Assembly: GCA_965219245.1 (NCBI GenBank)
Contig: OZ244722.1
Coordinates: forward strand, 3,938,947 to 4,002,946
Source of the DNA: Dehalococcoidia bacterium
GTDB lineage: Bacteria > Chloroflexota > Dehalococcoidia > Lucifugimonadales > VXLM01
Direction: 5' to 3'
DNA: 64,000 nt
Shown here piece after piece: positions 27,019 through 35,914 of the stretch (the stretch's first letter is position 1; the number at the start of each line of letters is the position of its first letter). The translations under genes were made by a program, and so were the position numbers. The notes beneath the pieces were generated by a model, which saw only the letters and a list, made by a program, of their open reading frames with translations, was not told the origin of the DNA and ran no database searches.

Positions 27019-27047
27019 AGGATAGTACATGTGTTCTTGCGTGTCAA
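27019..27047 (-). promoter_or_regulatory. sigma70-like promoter of HTH paralog 2: TTGACA, 17-nt spacer, TATCCT
   Basis: The hexamers read on the minus strand (27047-27042 and 27024-27019). Confidence 0.45.
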
Positions 27048-27194
27048 ATTGGGGACTTGGGCGCTAAGCGCTGGGGAGCCGACCGCATTGCGTTTGGTGG
27101 GCGTCCGTATCATGCGGCGCGCGGAAGTTTGGGGGCTTGATCGTCATAGTATTCGAACTGCAGCGATTGTGACTCTTCCGGGGAGCAATAGGGT

Positions 27195-27959
27195 ATGACG
27201 AAGAGCGAATTTGTCGGAGTGGACGGCTGTCGCTCGGGGTGGTTCAGCGTGGGGTTCGGCTCGCGCGGCTGCTATGAGCTGAAGGTGTTTCCTGCGTTTA
27301 GCGAACTGCTTGCCTACTATAGCGACGCCAAGCTGGTGCTGGTCGACATCCCGATTGGGCTGCCTGAGGGACCGGGAGGTCGTCAGTGTGATCAGGAAGC
27401 CCGTAAGAAATTACTTTCTCCCCGTAGCTCCAGTGTTTTCTCAGCGCCGACTCGCCAGACGGTGGAACAGGTGGCGGAGTCTCCGGGGGACTACGACTGT
27501 GCCAAAGAGGTCGAGAAATGTGCGACCAGGACGGAGTGCTTTCCTGAAGGAAAAGGGATTAGCAGACAGGCCTTTGCGATAGCTCCCAAGATTACGCAGG
27601 TCGACGAATTGCTGAAGTGCCGCGATAGGAAGGCGACTCCAAGGGTTCGTGAGGTCCATCCTGAGATATGCTTCTGGGCGTTGAACGAAGAATGTGCCAT
27701 GAAGAGCAATAAGAAGAGCGAATCAGGAGAGAAGGAGCGGTTTGAGGTACTTGAACGGTTTGAACCACAGAGTTGCGAGATATACAGCGAGGCTTGCCGT
27801 CGGTTTGTTGGGGGCGGCGTTGCCAAAGACGACATCCTCGATGCCCTGGTTGCAGCAGTAACCGCTCGCTGCGGTCACGACTGCCTCAAGACGATACCCG
27901 ACTGCCCGCCGAAGGACTGCAAGGGCCTCCCGATGGAGATGGTGTATTACAAGCCGTAG
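27195..27959 (+). CDS. DUF429-family protein (predicted RNase H-fold nuclease)
   Basis: N-terminal VGVDGCRSGW and IDIPIGLP blocks, and HPEICFWAL, are typical of DUF429. Confidence 0.65.
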   Translation: MTKSEFVGVDGCRSGWFSVGFGSRGCYELKVFPAFSELLAYYSDAKLVLVDIPIGLPEGPGGRQCDQEARKKLLSPRSSSVFSAPTRQTVEQVAESPGDYDCAKEVEKCATRTECFPEGKGISRQAFAIAPKITQVDELLKCRDRKATPRVREVHPEICFWALNEECAMKSNKKSESGEKERFEVLERFEPQSCEIYSEACRRFVGGGVAKDDILDALVAAVTARCGHDCLKTIPDCPPKDCKGLPMEMVYYKP

Positions 27960-28053
27960 GGTTGCCCTACCCTAGCTCACGCAGACATGATCGATTCGGG
28001 CTAAGCCCACCTCTCTGCTACAATCCACGAAACCCCTTTCTTGAAGGTACCCA

Positions 28054-29835
28054 ATGGCTAATCCGTTCATATTGTCGGCAACCGTAGATTTTCCCGACGA
28101 CGTTATTCCCGGTCCGTATGATGGGCGTCTGCTGGACGAGCTCATGGGCACGCTGAAGAGCATGGGCGTCGGGCGGGTGTACTGGCTGTACTATGGGGAC
28201 GTGGAGCCGGATTCCTTTTGGGCGGGCAGTCTCTACGAGAATCCGCAGATACCCTATGGGACACAGACGCTTGAGGCTATCGGAGAGCCTCTGAAGGCGG
28301 CGGCGCCGGTCGCGCACCGGCATGGGCTGGAGATCTATGGGGTGCTCAAGCCTTACAACACGGGGATGTCGGGCGCGAACGGGCCATGCAGCAGAAGAAG
28401 ATTGAGCGGGATCGAGCGCATAGGCGGGGCGGTGCCGCAGGTGATCCCGTTTGTCGAGCGCTATCCCCACACGCGGCTGCGGAGGCGGCCTGATATCAGG
28501 ACAGGTCATGGCGTTCCGGTTTCCAGGATACGTCTGCTGAAACGGGATGCCTCCCCTACCCGCGTCCGACCTGAGAACCTGCAACTGTGGACGAGTATAG
28601 ACAACGGGCGTTATAGCAGGCTGGACGCTGCCTTATCAGTGACCGAGCGGGTGGAGCCGGCTCCGCGTGAGGTGAGGAACTACTACGGCGAGCTTGTCGT
28701 GGCGAAGGGCGCGGCGGTGCGGACGCTGACTATCGACGGGCTGAATATTCGTGAGCGGTTCGTGGTCGTGACGACCGATTTCCGTGACGAAGCGGGTGAT
28801 TTCATCAACACGGCGTGTGGGATGGTCGAGGCATACGGGGACGACTCTGCCACTCCCCTGCCCGTCGTCGTGGCGTCGAGGGGGGCGTTCTGGACGGGCC
28901 CGCGCGATCTGGGGAGCAATACGCCGGACTTCGACAGCGGACTCGGTCATATCGAGATACCTCTCGACGTGAACGCCTCGTCGGAGAGAGAAGGCTTCTT
29001 TTGGAACCGCCTGGCCGGGGGCGGACTCGTCGGGTTCGCGCAGGGGAAGAACGAATACCTGCCGGGAACGGTGTCGGAGGTGTACCCGGAGGTACATCGA
29101 CTGTGGGACGGGTGGGTAGACCGGATTCTGGAGACGGGCGTGGACGGCATAGATATCCGGGTGTCGTCGCACGGGAGCCTCGTCGACGAGCCGTGGGAGT
29201 ACGGTTTCGACGATCCGGCGGTCGAGGCGTATAGATTGAAGTACGGCGCGGACCCCTGGAGCACCCCCGAAGACATCGTCCGATTCTCGCGTCTGCGTGG
29301 TGAGCACTTCACGTCGTTCATTCGCCGGACGAGCAATCGCGCGCGCAGCATGGGCCGGAAGATGCAGGCGCACATCCATACCGAGGCATTCCGGCCGGAC
29401 ATCGTTCACGGTCAGATCATGGGGTTCCCACCGAATACACACTTCGCATGGCAGGACTGGATGCGGGACGGTCTGCTGGATGGGATCACCTTCCGCACCA
29501 GCTGGTTCGAGGCGTTGGAGGACCTGCCGGGCGAACTTCCCGTGAGGAGCAGGCTAGCCAATGCGCTCAAGGACCACGTGGCGGTCGAGGTACTCGAACT
29601 GGCGTCGGAACTCGGCATACCGGCATACATGAACCGCTATATCGAACGGGCCGTAGGTGACGAGGAGTACCTGGCCGACATGGAAGCGGCTCTGGTGGAC
29701 GACCGATTCGCCGGGTTCGACCTGTATGAGTCCGCTTGCTACTTGCGTGCGACGTCTGACGGGTCGCGTCTGGAGTCTTACAAGGACCGAGTCGAAATGT
29801 TACGGGAGAAGGCGCGGGAGTTGGGGTTTCTTTAG
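28054..29835 (+). CDS. hypothetical 593-aa protein, possibly a TIM-barrel glycoside-hydrolase-like fold
   Basis: Long ORF with coding-like composition; no diagnostic motif recognised. Blocks such as GVDGIDIRVSSHG suggest a barrel enzyme, but this is speculative. Confidence 0.45.
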   Translation: MANPFILSATVDFPDDVIPGPYDGRLLDELMGTLKSMGVGRVYWLYYGDVEPDSFWAGSLYENPQIPYGTQTLEAIGEPLKAAAPVAHRHGLEIYGVLKPYNTGMSGANGPCSRRRLSGIERIGGAVPQVIPFVERYPHTRLRRRPDIRTGHGVPVSRIRLLKRDASPTRVRPENLQLWTSIDNGRYSRLDAALSVTERVEPAPREVRNYYGELVVAKGAAVRTLTIDGLNIRERFVVVTTDFRDEAGDFINTACGMVEAYGDDSATPLPVVVASRGAFWTGPRDLGSNTPDFDSGLGHIEIPLDVNASSEREGFFWNRLAGGGLVGFAQGKNEYLPGTVSEVYPEVHRLWDGWVDRILETGVDGIDIRVSSHGSLVDEPWEYGFDDPAVEAYRLKYGADPWSTPEDIVRFSRLRGEHFTSFIRRTSNRARSMGRKMQAHIHTEAFRPDIVHGQIMGFPPNTHFAWQDWMRDGLLDGITFRTSWFEALEDLPGELPVRSRLANALKDHVAVEVLELASELGIPAYMNRYIERAVGDEEYLADMEAALVDDRFAGFDLYESACYLRATSDGSRLESYKDRVEMLREKARELGFL

Positions 29836-30003
29836 GTGGGAGTCGCGAAGGACAGAGGCGGACGTTGGTTGTGGGTGTGTGGGATCAGGGCCGGTTACAT
29901 CTCAGTTATAACGCATACTGGTTGCATTCACTTAGCACGACAAAGGGCCGTCATTCCGAGCACATCACCCTTGATGTTGTTCACCAGGAATGAGTATGCA
30001 GGC

Positions 30004-31347
30004 TTACTCCCCCACCGATACGACTGAGGCCCCAGATAGGTGGTTGTGTCCGTTTGTGTCAGCCTTTCGCTTTCCTGTGGGAACGGAGAACGCGAATCGA
30101 GGCTCGCCAATCATTCCCGCGGCGACGGTGGCGTTGGTTCCTTCGTCGATGAGGATGAAACTGCCGGTGACGCGGTTGCTGGTGTAGTCGTCGACCGCCA
30201 AGGGAGTGCTAACCTTTACATGGACGCGGCCGATCTCGTTTAGCCGCAGGGAATCCGCATCCGGTTCGCCAGTGAGCGACGTGATGCTGAACAACGACGG
30301 GAGGTCGGTGACCACTGCCTTCGCCGATCGCGTCGTGTGCTTGATACGGTACGCATTACCGGGGCGAAGCGCGGTGCGCTCGTCCATCCAGCAAACGACG
30401 GCGTCGAACTCCTGGGTCATCACCGGCCCGGCGTCCGTCCCACAGATCATCTCCCCGCGAGCAACGTCGAGGTCGTCGGCGATCTGGACGGTGACGGCGT
30501 CGGGAGCATACGCCTCCTCCACGGCGCCCCAAGGCGCTTCGATGGTCGTGATGACGCTCTCCATGCCGGAGGGCATGAAGCGCACTCGCTGGCCCACGCG
30601 TAGGACGCCCGACGCTACGCTCCCCGCATAGCCACGGTAGTCGTGGTACTCCTTGCGGTGGGGGCGGACGACGTATTGAACGGGCATTCTCAACGGCATC
30701 GCATCGAGTCCTTCATGCACCGGCAGGGTATCAAGGTAGGCCCGCAGCGGGCCACCCTGGTACCAAGGCATGTTCGCCGACGGCTCGACCACGTTGTCAC
30801 CTTTAAGCGCCGACATGGGGATGAAGGTCGCATCGTCCACATCGAGCCGCGCCACAAATGGAGTGAACTCGGAACGGATTTCCTCGTATGCCCGCTGCTC
30901 ATAGCCAACGAGATCCATCTTGTTGACGCAAACGATGATGTGATCGATGCCCAACAACGAGGCGGTGACGGCGTGGCGGCGTGATTGCTCCACCACGCCG
31001 TTGCGCGCATCAATCATGATGAGCACCGCCTCGGCGGTGGACGCCCCGGTGACCATGTTGCGCGTGTACTGCACATGCCCCGGCGTGTCTGCCAGGATGA
31101 ACTTGCGCGTCGGAGTGGAGAAGTAGCGATAGGCAACGTCGATGGTAATACCCTGCTCCCGTTCGGCGCGCAGGCCATCGGTGACAAGAGCGAGGTTCAC
31201 ATAGTCGCCGTTGTGGCGCAAACTGGCTTCCTCGACGGCGGCGAGTACGTCATCGTCTAGGGCCTTCGAGTCATACAGCAGACGACCGATGAGCGTGCTC
31301 TTGCCGTCGTCCACGGATCCGGCGGTGGCGATGCGGAGGAGGTCCAT
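30004..31347 (-). CDS. cysN: sulfate adenylyltransferase subunit 1 (GTPase), no fused APS kinase domain
   Basis: GSVDDGKSTLIGRLL (G1), DTPGH (G3), NKMD (G4); 447 aa. Confidence 0.9.
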   Translation of the reverse strand: MDLLRIATAGSVDDGKSTLIGRLLYDSKALDDDVLAAVEEASLRHNGDYVNLALVTDGLRAEREQGITIDVAYRYFSTPTRKFILADTPGHVQYTRNMVTGASTAEAVLIMIDARNGVVEQSRRHAVTASLLGIDHIIVCVNKMDLVGYEQRAYEEIRSEFTPFVARLDVDDATFIPMSALKGDNVVEPSANMPWYQGGPLRAYLDTLPVHEGLDAMPLRMPVQYVVRPHRKEYHDYRGYAGSVASGVLRVGQRVRFMPSGMESVITTIEAPWGAVEEAYAPDAVTVQIADDLDVARGEMICGTDAGPVMTQEFDAVVCWMDERTALRPGNAYRIKHTTRSAKAVVTDLPSLFSITSLTGEPDADSLRLNEIGRVHVKVSTPLAVDDYTSNRVTGSFILIDEGTNATVAAGMIGEPRFAFSVPTGKRKADTNGHNHLSGASVVSVGE

Positions 31348-31349
31348 TG

Positions 31350-32306
31350 CTAGAAATACCCCTCGCGCTTGCGGTCTTCCATCGCCGCCTCGGCGGTCCG
31401 GTCATCAGCCCGGGTCGCACCGCGCTCAGAGATGCGAGTTGTCAGCGTTTCGGCGATGACTGCTTCGGGTGTAGCAGCTTCCGATGGTTCGGCTGCTGTG
31501 GAGGTCATGTCACCGACGGTGCGGAAACGTACGCTGCGGACGGCCACCGGCTCGCCACGCTGTGGTTGCATCACCGGCGATAGCGACATGAGCATCCCGT
31601 CATGCTCAAATACCTCACGTCGATGACCATAGTAGATTTCCGGCAGGTCGATGTTCTCTTCGGCTATGTAGCGCCAGATGTCCAACTCCGTCCAGTTGGA
31701 GAGCGGGAAGACACGCATGTGCTGGCCCAAGCCAATGCTGCCGTTGTAGAGATCCCAGACCTCGGGGCGCTGATTGCGTGGGTCCCACTGGCCGAATTCG
31801 TCGCGCACGGAGTAGACACGCTCCTTGGCGCGTGATCGCTCCTCATCGCGCCGCGCACCGCCCATAACCGCGGTGAACTTCCCATTGCGAAGGGTTTCCA
31901 GCAGCACCGGCGTCTGCATGCGGTTGCGGGGGAAATCAGGGCGCGGTGGAGTCGGAATACGCCCGGAGGCAATTGCGTCGTCAACCGAGCCCACCACTAG
32001 ATCCACGCCAAGCCGCTTGACGACGCGATCGCGGAAAGCAATGACCTCGGGAAAGTTGTGTCCGGTGTCGATGTGGAGCACAGGGAACGGCAGATGCGAA
32101 GGCCGAAGCGCCTTAACGGCGAGATGCAGAAGCACGGCCGAGTCTTTGCCGCCGGAGAAGAGCAGGCCTGGCCGGTCGAACTCCGCGACTACCTCCCGAA
32201 TGATGTGGATTGCGTCCGACTCAAGTGCACGGAGATGCTTGGACTCGGAGTGCAGCTCATGGAGAAGAGCTTGGGTTGTCATTGTTAATTCGCTAGTTGC
32301 GATCAT
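31350..32306 (-). CDS. cysD: sulfate adenylyltransferase subunit 2
   Basis: HLRALESDAIHIIREV and FSGGKDSAVLLHLA PP-loop motifs. The ATG at 32306 overlaps the cysH TGA as ATGA. Confidence 0.9.
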   Translation of the reverse strand: MIATSELTMTTQALLHELHSESKHLRALESDAIHIIREVVAEFDRPGLLFSGGKDSAVLLHLAVKALRPSHLPFPVLHIDTGHNFPEVIAFRDRVVKRLGVDLVVGSVDDAIASGRIPTPPRPDFPRNRMQTPVLLETLRNGKFTAVMGGARRDEERSRAKERVYSVRDEFGQWDPRNQRPEVWDLYNGSIGLGQHMRVFPLSNWTELDIWRYIAEENIDLPEIYYGHRREVFEHDGMLMSLSPVMQPQRGEPVAVRSVRFRTVGDMTSTAAEPSEAATPEAVIAETLTTRISERGATRADDRTAEAAMEDRKREGYF

Positions 32307-33052
32307 GAGCTTGCCGCCAGCGTCACTAGGTGCAACCCGCATTCCTTGGCGTTGGGGTCAGACTCCCACCACCAACGTCCTGCGCGAGGGTCCTCTCCCG
32401 ACTCGATGGCCCGCGTGCAAGGCGCGCACCCGATCGATGGGTAGTTCTTGTCGTGCAACTCGTTGTAAGGGACAGCGTGCTGTTCCACGTAGTTTCGCAC
32501 CTCCTCGAAGGTCCAGTTAGCGAGCGGGTTGATCTTGTAGATAGCGCGGGGCTCCTCCCACTCGACGATGCCAATGTTGCCGCGCTCCATACCTTGGTCC
32601 CGGCGCAGGCCCGTAATCCATGCTTCGATGCCAGCCAGGGCGCGCTCCATAGGCTCGACCTTCCGCACGTGACAACAGGCCAGGCGTTTCTCCCGGCCTC
32701 GGTAGAATAGATTGAACCCATGCTCACCGACCATGCTGGCCACAGCCCCGGGGTCAGGTTGGTGCACCTCAATGCGTGCGTTGTAGCGGAGCCGGGTCTG
32801 GTCCATGACCGTGTACGTTTCCGTCGGCAGGCGCCACGTGTCGAGCGTCACAAGGCGCGCCTGCCGGTTGACTCGCCAGAACATGTCGAACAGCGCGACA
32901 TCCTCGAGGCCGAAGCTGGACATCTGTGCCGCGCCCGCACCGAAACGCTCATCGACCCATGCAAGCACATCGCTTGGGGGGGCGGACTCAAAGCGTTCGT
33001 TTAGATCGGCTAGCTCTTGTACACCCAATCTTCTTGACTCGGGTACCGGCAT
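32303..33052 (-). CDS. cysH: assimilatory adenylyl-sulfate (APS)/PAPS reductase, Fe-S type
   Basis: CC...RKxxP (LACCHVRKVEP) and SIGCAPCT cluster cysteines plus the C-terminal KECGLH motif. AAGGAG lies 5 nt upstream of ATG 33052. Confidence 0.85.
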   Translation of the reverse strand: MPVPESRRLGVQELADLNERFESAPPSDVLAWVDERFGAGAAQMSSFGLEDVALFDMFWRVNRQARLVTLDTWRLPTETYTVMDQTRLRYNARIEVHQPDPGAVASMVGEHGFNLFYRGREKRLACCHVRKVEPMERALAGIEAWITGLRRDQGMERGNIGIVEWEEPRAIYKINPLANWTFEEVRNYVEQHAVPYNELHDKNYPSIGCAPCTRAIESGEDPRAGRWWWESDPNAKECGLHLVTLAASS

Positions 33053-33079
33053 CTGTGCTCCTTCTCGGGATTTTCGGGC

Positions 33080-33105
33080 AAAAAAAACCCTCCGCAAGCG
33101 GAGGG
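33080..33105 (-). terminator. intrinsic terminator inside the cysHDN leader (attenuator)
   Basis: The minus strand reads CCCTCCG-CTTG-CGGAGGG followed by T8, ending 28 nt upstream of the cysH ATG. Confidence 0.7.
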
Positions 33106-33144
33106 GCCAGAGGTCTTCACTTTTGAACTGTCGGCGTTAGTCGG

Positions 33145-33207
33145 TCACCGGCACGCATGTCGAAGCAGAAGACTCTCTGGTCTCCGGCAACAACAGCAGC
33201 AAACCAT
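33145..33207 (-). CDS. cysHDN leader peptide, 20 aa, MVCCCCCRRPESLLLRHACR
   Basis: Hand translation of the minus strand: ATG GTT TGC TGC TGT TGT TGC CGG AGA ... TGA. Five consecutive Cys codons at 33187-33201. It lies between the promoter and the terminator. Confidence 0.65.
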   Translation of the reverse strand: MVCCCCCRRPESLLLRHACR

Positions 33208-33233
33208 ATGTGTAACGGCACTCACAACGATAC

Positions 33234-33262
33234 ATATTACGAGTGCTCATCAGGAATGTCAA
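33234..33262 (-). promoter_or_regulatory. sigma70-like promoter of the cys leader: TTGACA, 17-nt spacer, TAATAT
   Basis: The hexamers read on the minus strand (33262-33257 and 33239-33234). Confidence 0.55.
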
Positions 33263-33374
33263 GGTACGTACCGCTCAGGTAGTGTCCAGTTTGAAATGTT
33301 CGAGTTCTGTTCTAGTCCGAGCATATGGCTTAAGTTGAGTATCGCACTTCCCTCAAGGGAGAGAAGTTTCCTCA

Positions 33375-33704
33375 TTGTTCTCAATGTGTGACTCATACAA
33401 CGCATTGGTGTTTCGTACTTGGACGAGGATCATGAATGGGAGCGACGCTCCCGTCATCGTCTCGATGTCGATTGGCATCGGAGGGATCATCCTCCTGGAA
33501 TCGTCTCTGAGCTTCCTCGGATTCGGGATCCAACCTCCAGGCGCAAGCTGGGGGAGCATGGTAACGGAGAACCTATTCCAGTGGCGCACTTATCCGCATC
33601 TGGTGCTCATGCCCGGTCTGACCCTGGCCATTGCGGTCATCGGGTTCAACTTCCTGGGTGACGGGCTAAACGACGCACTGAACCCGCGGCAGATTCGCCG
33701 ATAG
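33375..33704 (+). pseudogene. 3' fragment of an oligopeptide/dipeptide ABC permease (DppC/OppC-like)
   Basis: Only the last roughly 85 residues are family-like (ESSLSFLGFGIQPPGASWG...NFLGDGLNDALNPR). The N-terminal two thirds are missing. Confidence 0.7.
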
Positions 33705-33732
33705 CTGTGTAGCTGAAGGCAGTATTTCTCAA

Positions 33733-34718
33733 ATGTCAGAACCGGTACTCAGCGTAAGAGAACTCGAAACGCACCTGTACTCTCGCGAGGGCACCATCAG
33801 GCCGGTGAACAGCGTGAGCTTCGATATCCACGAGGGGGAGACCCTGGGAATTGTCGGCGAGAGCGGCTCCGGCAAGACGATGACGGCCCTTTCGATCATG
33901 GGGCTGATTCCGAAGAACCTCGGCGGGGTCGTAGGCGGGAGCGTGATGCTGGACGGGGAAGACCTGGCGATGATGACCGATTCGGAGGTCCGCCGTAGAC
34001 GCAGCACAAGATGGGCATGATATTCCAGGACCCGGCCACGTCGCTCAACCCGACGATGAAGGTGGGCCCGCAGATAGCAGAGACGATGAAGACCCACCTC
34101 GGCATCAACGACAGCACCGCGCGCAGCAGGGCGATAGAGTTGCTCGACCGCGTGGGCATCCCGTCCCCTGAGGGCAGGTACAAAACAATTACCCGTTCCA
34201 GTTCAGCGGCGGCATGAGGCAGCGGGTGATGATCGCCATCGCGCTTTCTTGCGATCCGCTGCTGCTCATCGCGGACGAGCCGACGACGGCGCTCGACGTG
34301 ACCATTCAGGCGCAACTGCTGGACTTCGTCCGCGAGATCTAAAGAGGAACGCGGAATGTCTGTCATGTGGATCACGCACGACCTGGGCGTGGTAGCAGAA
34401 CTGTGCGATCAGGTTGCCGTCATGTACGCCGGTTCGATTGTCGAGATGGCGTCGATAGACGACATCTTCGCGCGGCCAAAACGTAGGTATACGTCGATGC
34501 TGCTCAACTCCATGCCCTCGATCGAGGAAAGGACGGCGGGAGGACTGATGTCAATCAAGGGTCTGCCGCCTAATCTCGCGAGTTTGCGGCCAGGCTGTCC
34601 ATTCGCCGTCCGATGCAGCGCGCCGGTGGAACGCTGCACCATGGAACATCCTGCCCTGCTGCCCGTTGGCGAGAACCATCTGGCCGCGTGCTGGAACCCT
34701 GTACCGGATCCCGCGTAA
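33733..34718 (+). pseudogene. peptide ABC transporter ATPase (DppD/OppD-like) broken by three frame disruptions
   Basis: Walker A GESGSGKT (frame 1), MGMIFQDP (frame 3), [13 protein letters not shown]...[11 protein letters not shown] (another frame, ending in TAA), then MSVMWITHDLGVV and the C-terminal oligopeptide domain. The pieces are collinear. Confidence 0.75.
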
Positions 34719-34740
34719 TTCTAAGAGTTAGACGACGCAA

Positions 34741-35761
34741 ATGACCCAAGACTCCAACACGAACAACAACGTGCTCGTCGACATCAAGGGCCTGAAAACC
34801 CACTTCGAGGTAGGGTCGAAGGGGATTATCTTCGGGCTGGGCGCCAACAGAAACATCGTCCGCGCGGTCGACGGCGTTGACCTCACCATCCGTGAGGGTG
34901 AGACGCTCGGACTCGTCGGAGAGAGCGGGTGTGGCAAGTCGACGCTCGGCTATTCGATCCTCCAGCTCGAAAAGCCGACCGATGGCGCAGTCTCTTTCGA
35001 GGGCACCGACCTAACAAAGCTCAAGAAGAGCGAAATACGCCCATTCCGCAAGAAGATGCAGATCGTGTTCCAGGACCCGGCCGCGGCGCTCGACCCGCGC
35101 CAGACCGTCGGTGAGGCAATTGCGGAGCCGATCAGGATCCACCGGATCGTGGAGGACGAAGAGGTGGAGGACCGCGTCGAGGAGCTTCTCAAGACGGTGG
35201 GGCTGAACCCCTACTTCAAGAACCGGTATCCACACGAGTTCAGCGGTGGGCAGCAGCAGCGCATCGTCATTGCGAGAGCGCTGTCGGTCAATCCCACGTT
35301 CATCGTTGCCGACGAACCGATCTCGGCCCTAGACGTATCGATTCAGGCGCAGATCATTCAACCTGCTGGAGGAGTTGCAAGACCAATTCCAGTTGACCTA
35401 CCTATTTATTTCGCACGACCTGCGGGTGGTGCGCCACATCAGCGACCGCGTGGCCGTGATGTATTTGGGCAAGGTGGTCGAGCGGTCGGCGACGGGCGAC
35501 CTCTATAGTGAACCGCTCCATCCCTACACCAGGGCGCTCTTGTCGGGCGTGCCCGCGCCTGACCCGGTTTTGGCTCGAAAACGGGACAGGATCATCCTGG
35601 TGGGAGACGTGCCCAGCCCGATCAATCCGCCAAGCGGGTGTCGGTTCCGTACTCGGTGCCCCATAGCCGTCGAGATGTGCGCCCAGGACGAGCCGCCCTT
35701 GGAGGAGAAGCGTGACAACCACTGGGTAGCGTGTCATCTCGTAGAGGCGGAGGCGAGCTAG
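34741..35761 (+). pseudogene. peptide ABC transporter ATPase (DppF/OppF-like) with one frameshift near 35357
   Basis: GESGCGKST and [15 protein letters not shown]...ADEPISALD lie in one frame. [21 protein letters not shown] continues in another after an extra C in ATT-C-AAC. Confidence 0.75.
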
Positions 35762-35914
35762 GAGGTCTCTTCCAAGCCATTCCTGAAACGACGCAGGCGC
35801 ACGAGAATCTCCCTGTGTAGCCTCACAGCCTGCACGGCGAACAATGAAAATGTTGGACAGCGGGTAGGGGCAGGTTTCAAACCTGTCCCTACCGTAGAAT
35901 GACAGCCACGGTAG

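Noticed and set aside
33053-33227. SAM or other sulfur-related riboswitch in the cysH leader.
   Set aside because: I found none of the conserved SAM-I, SAM-II or SAM-IV core motifs. The Cys-run leader ORF with alternative hairpins explains the terminator better. A formal Rfam scan is still needed.
33353-33589. 78-aa minus-strand ORF upstream of the cys promoter.
   Set aside because: It is antisense to the DppC-like fragment, which has clear family similarity. It has no motif and no SD.
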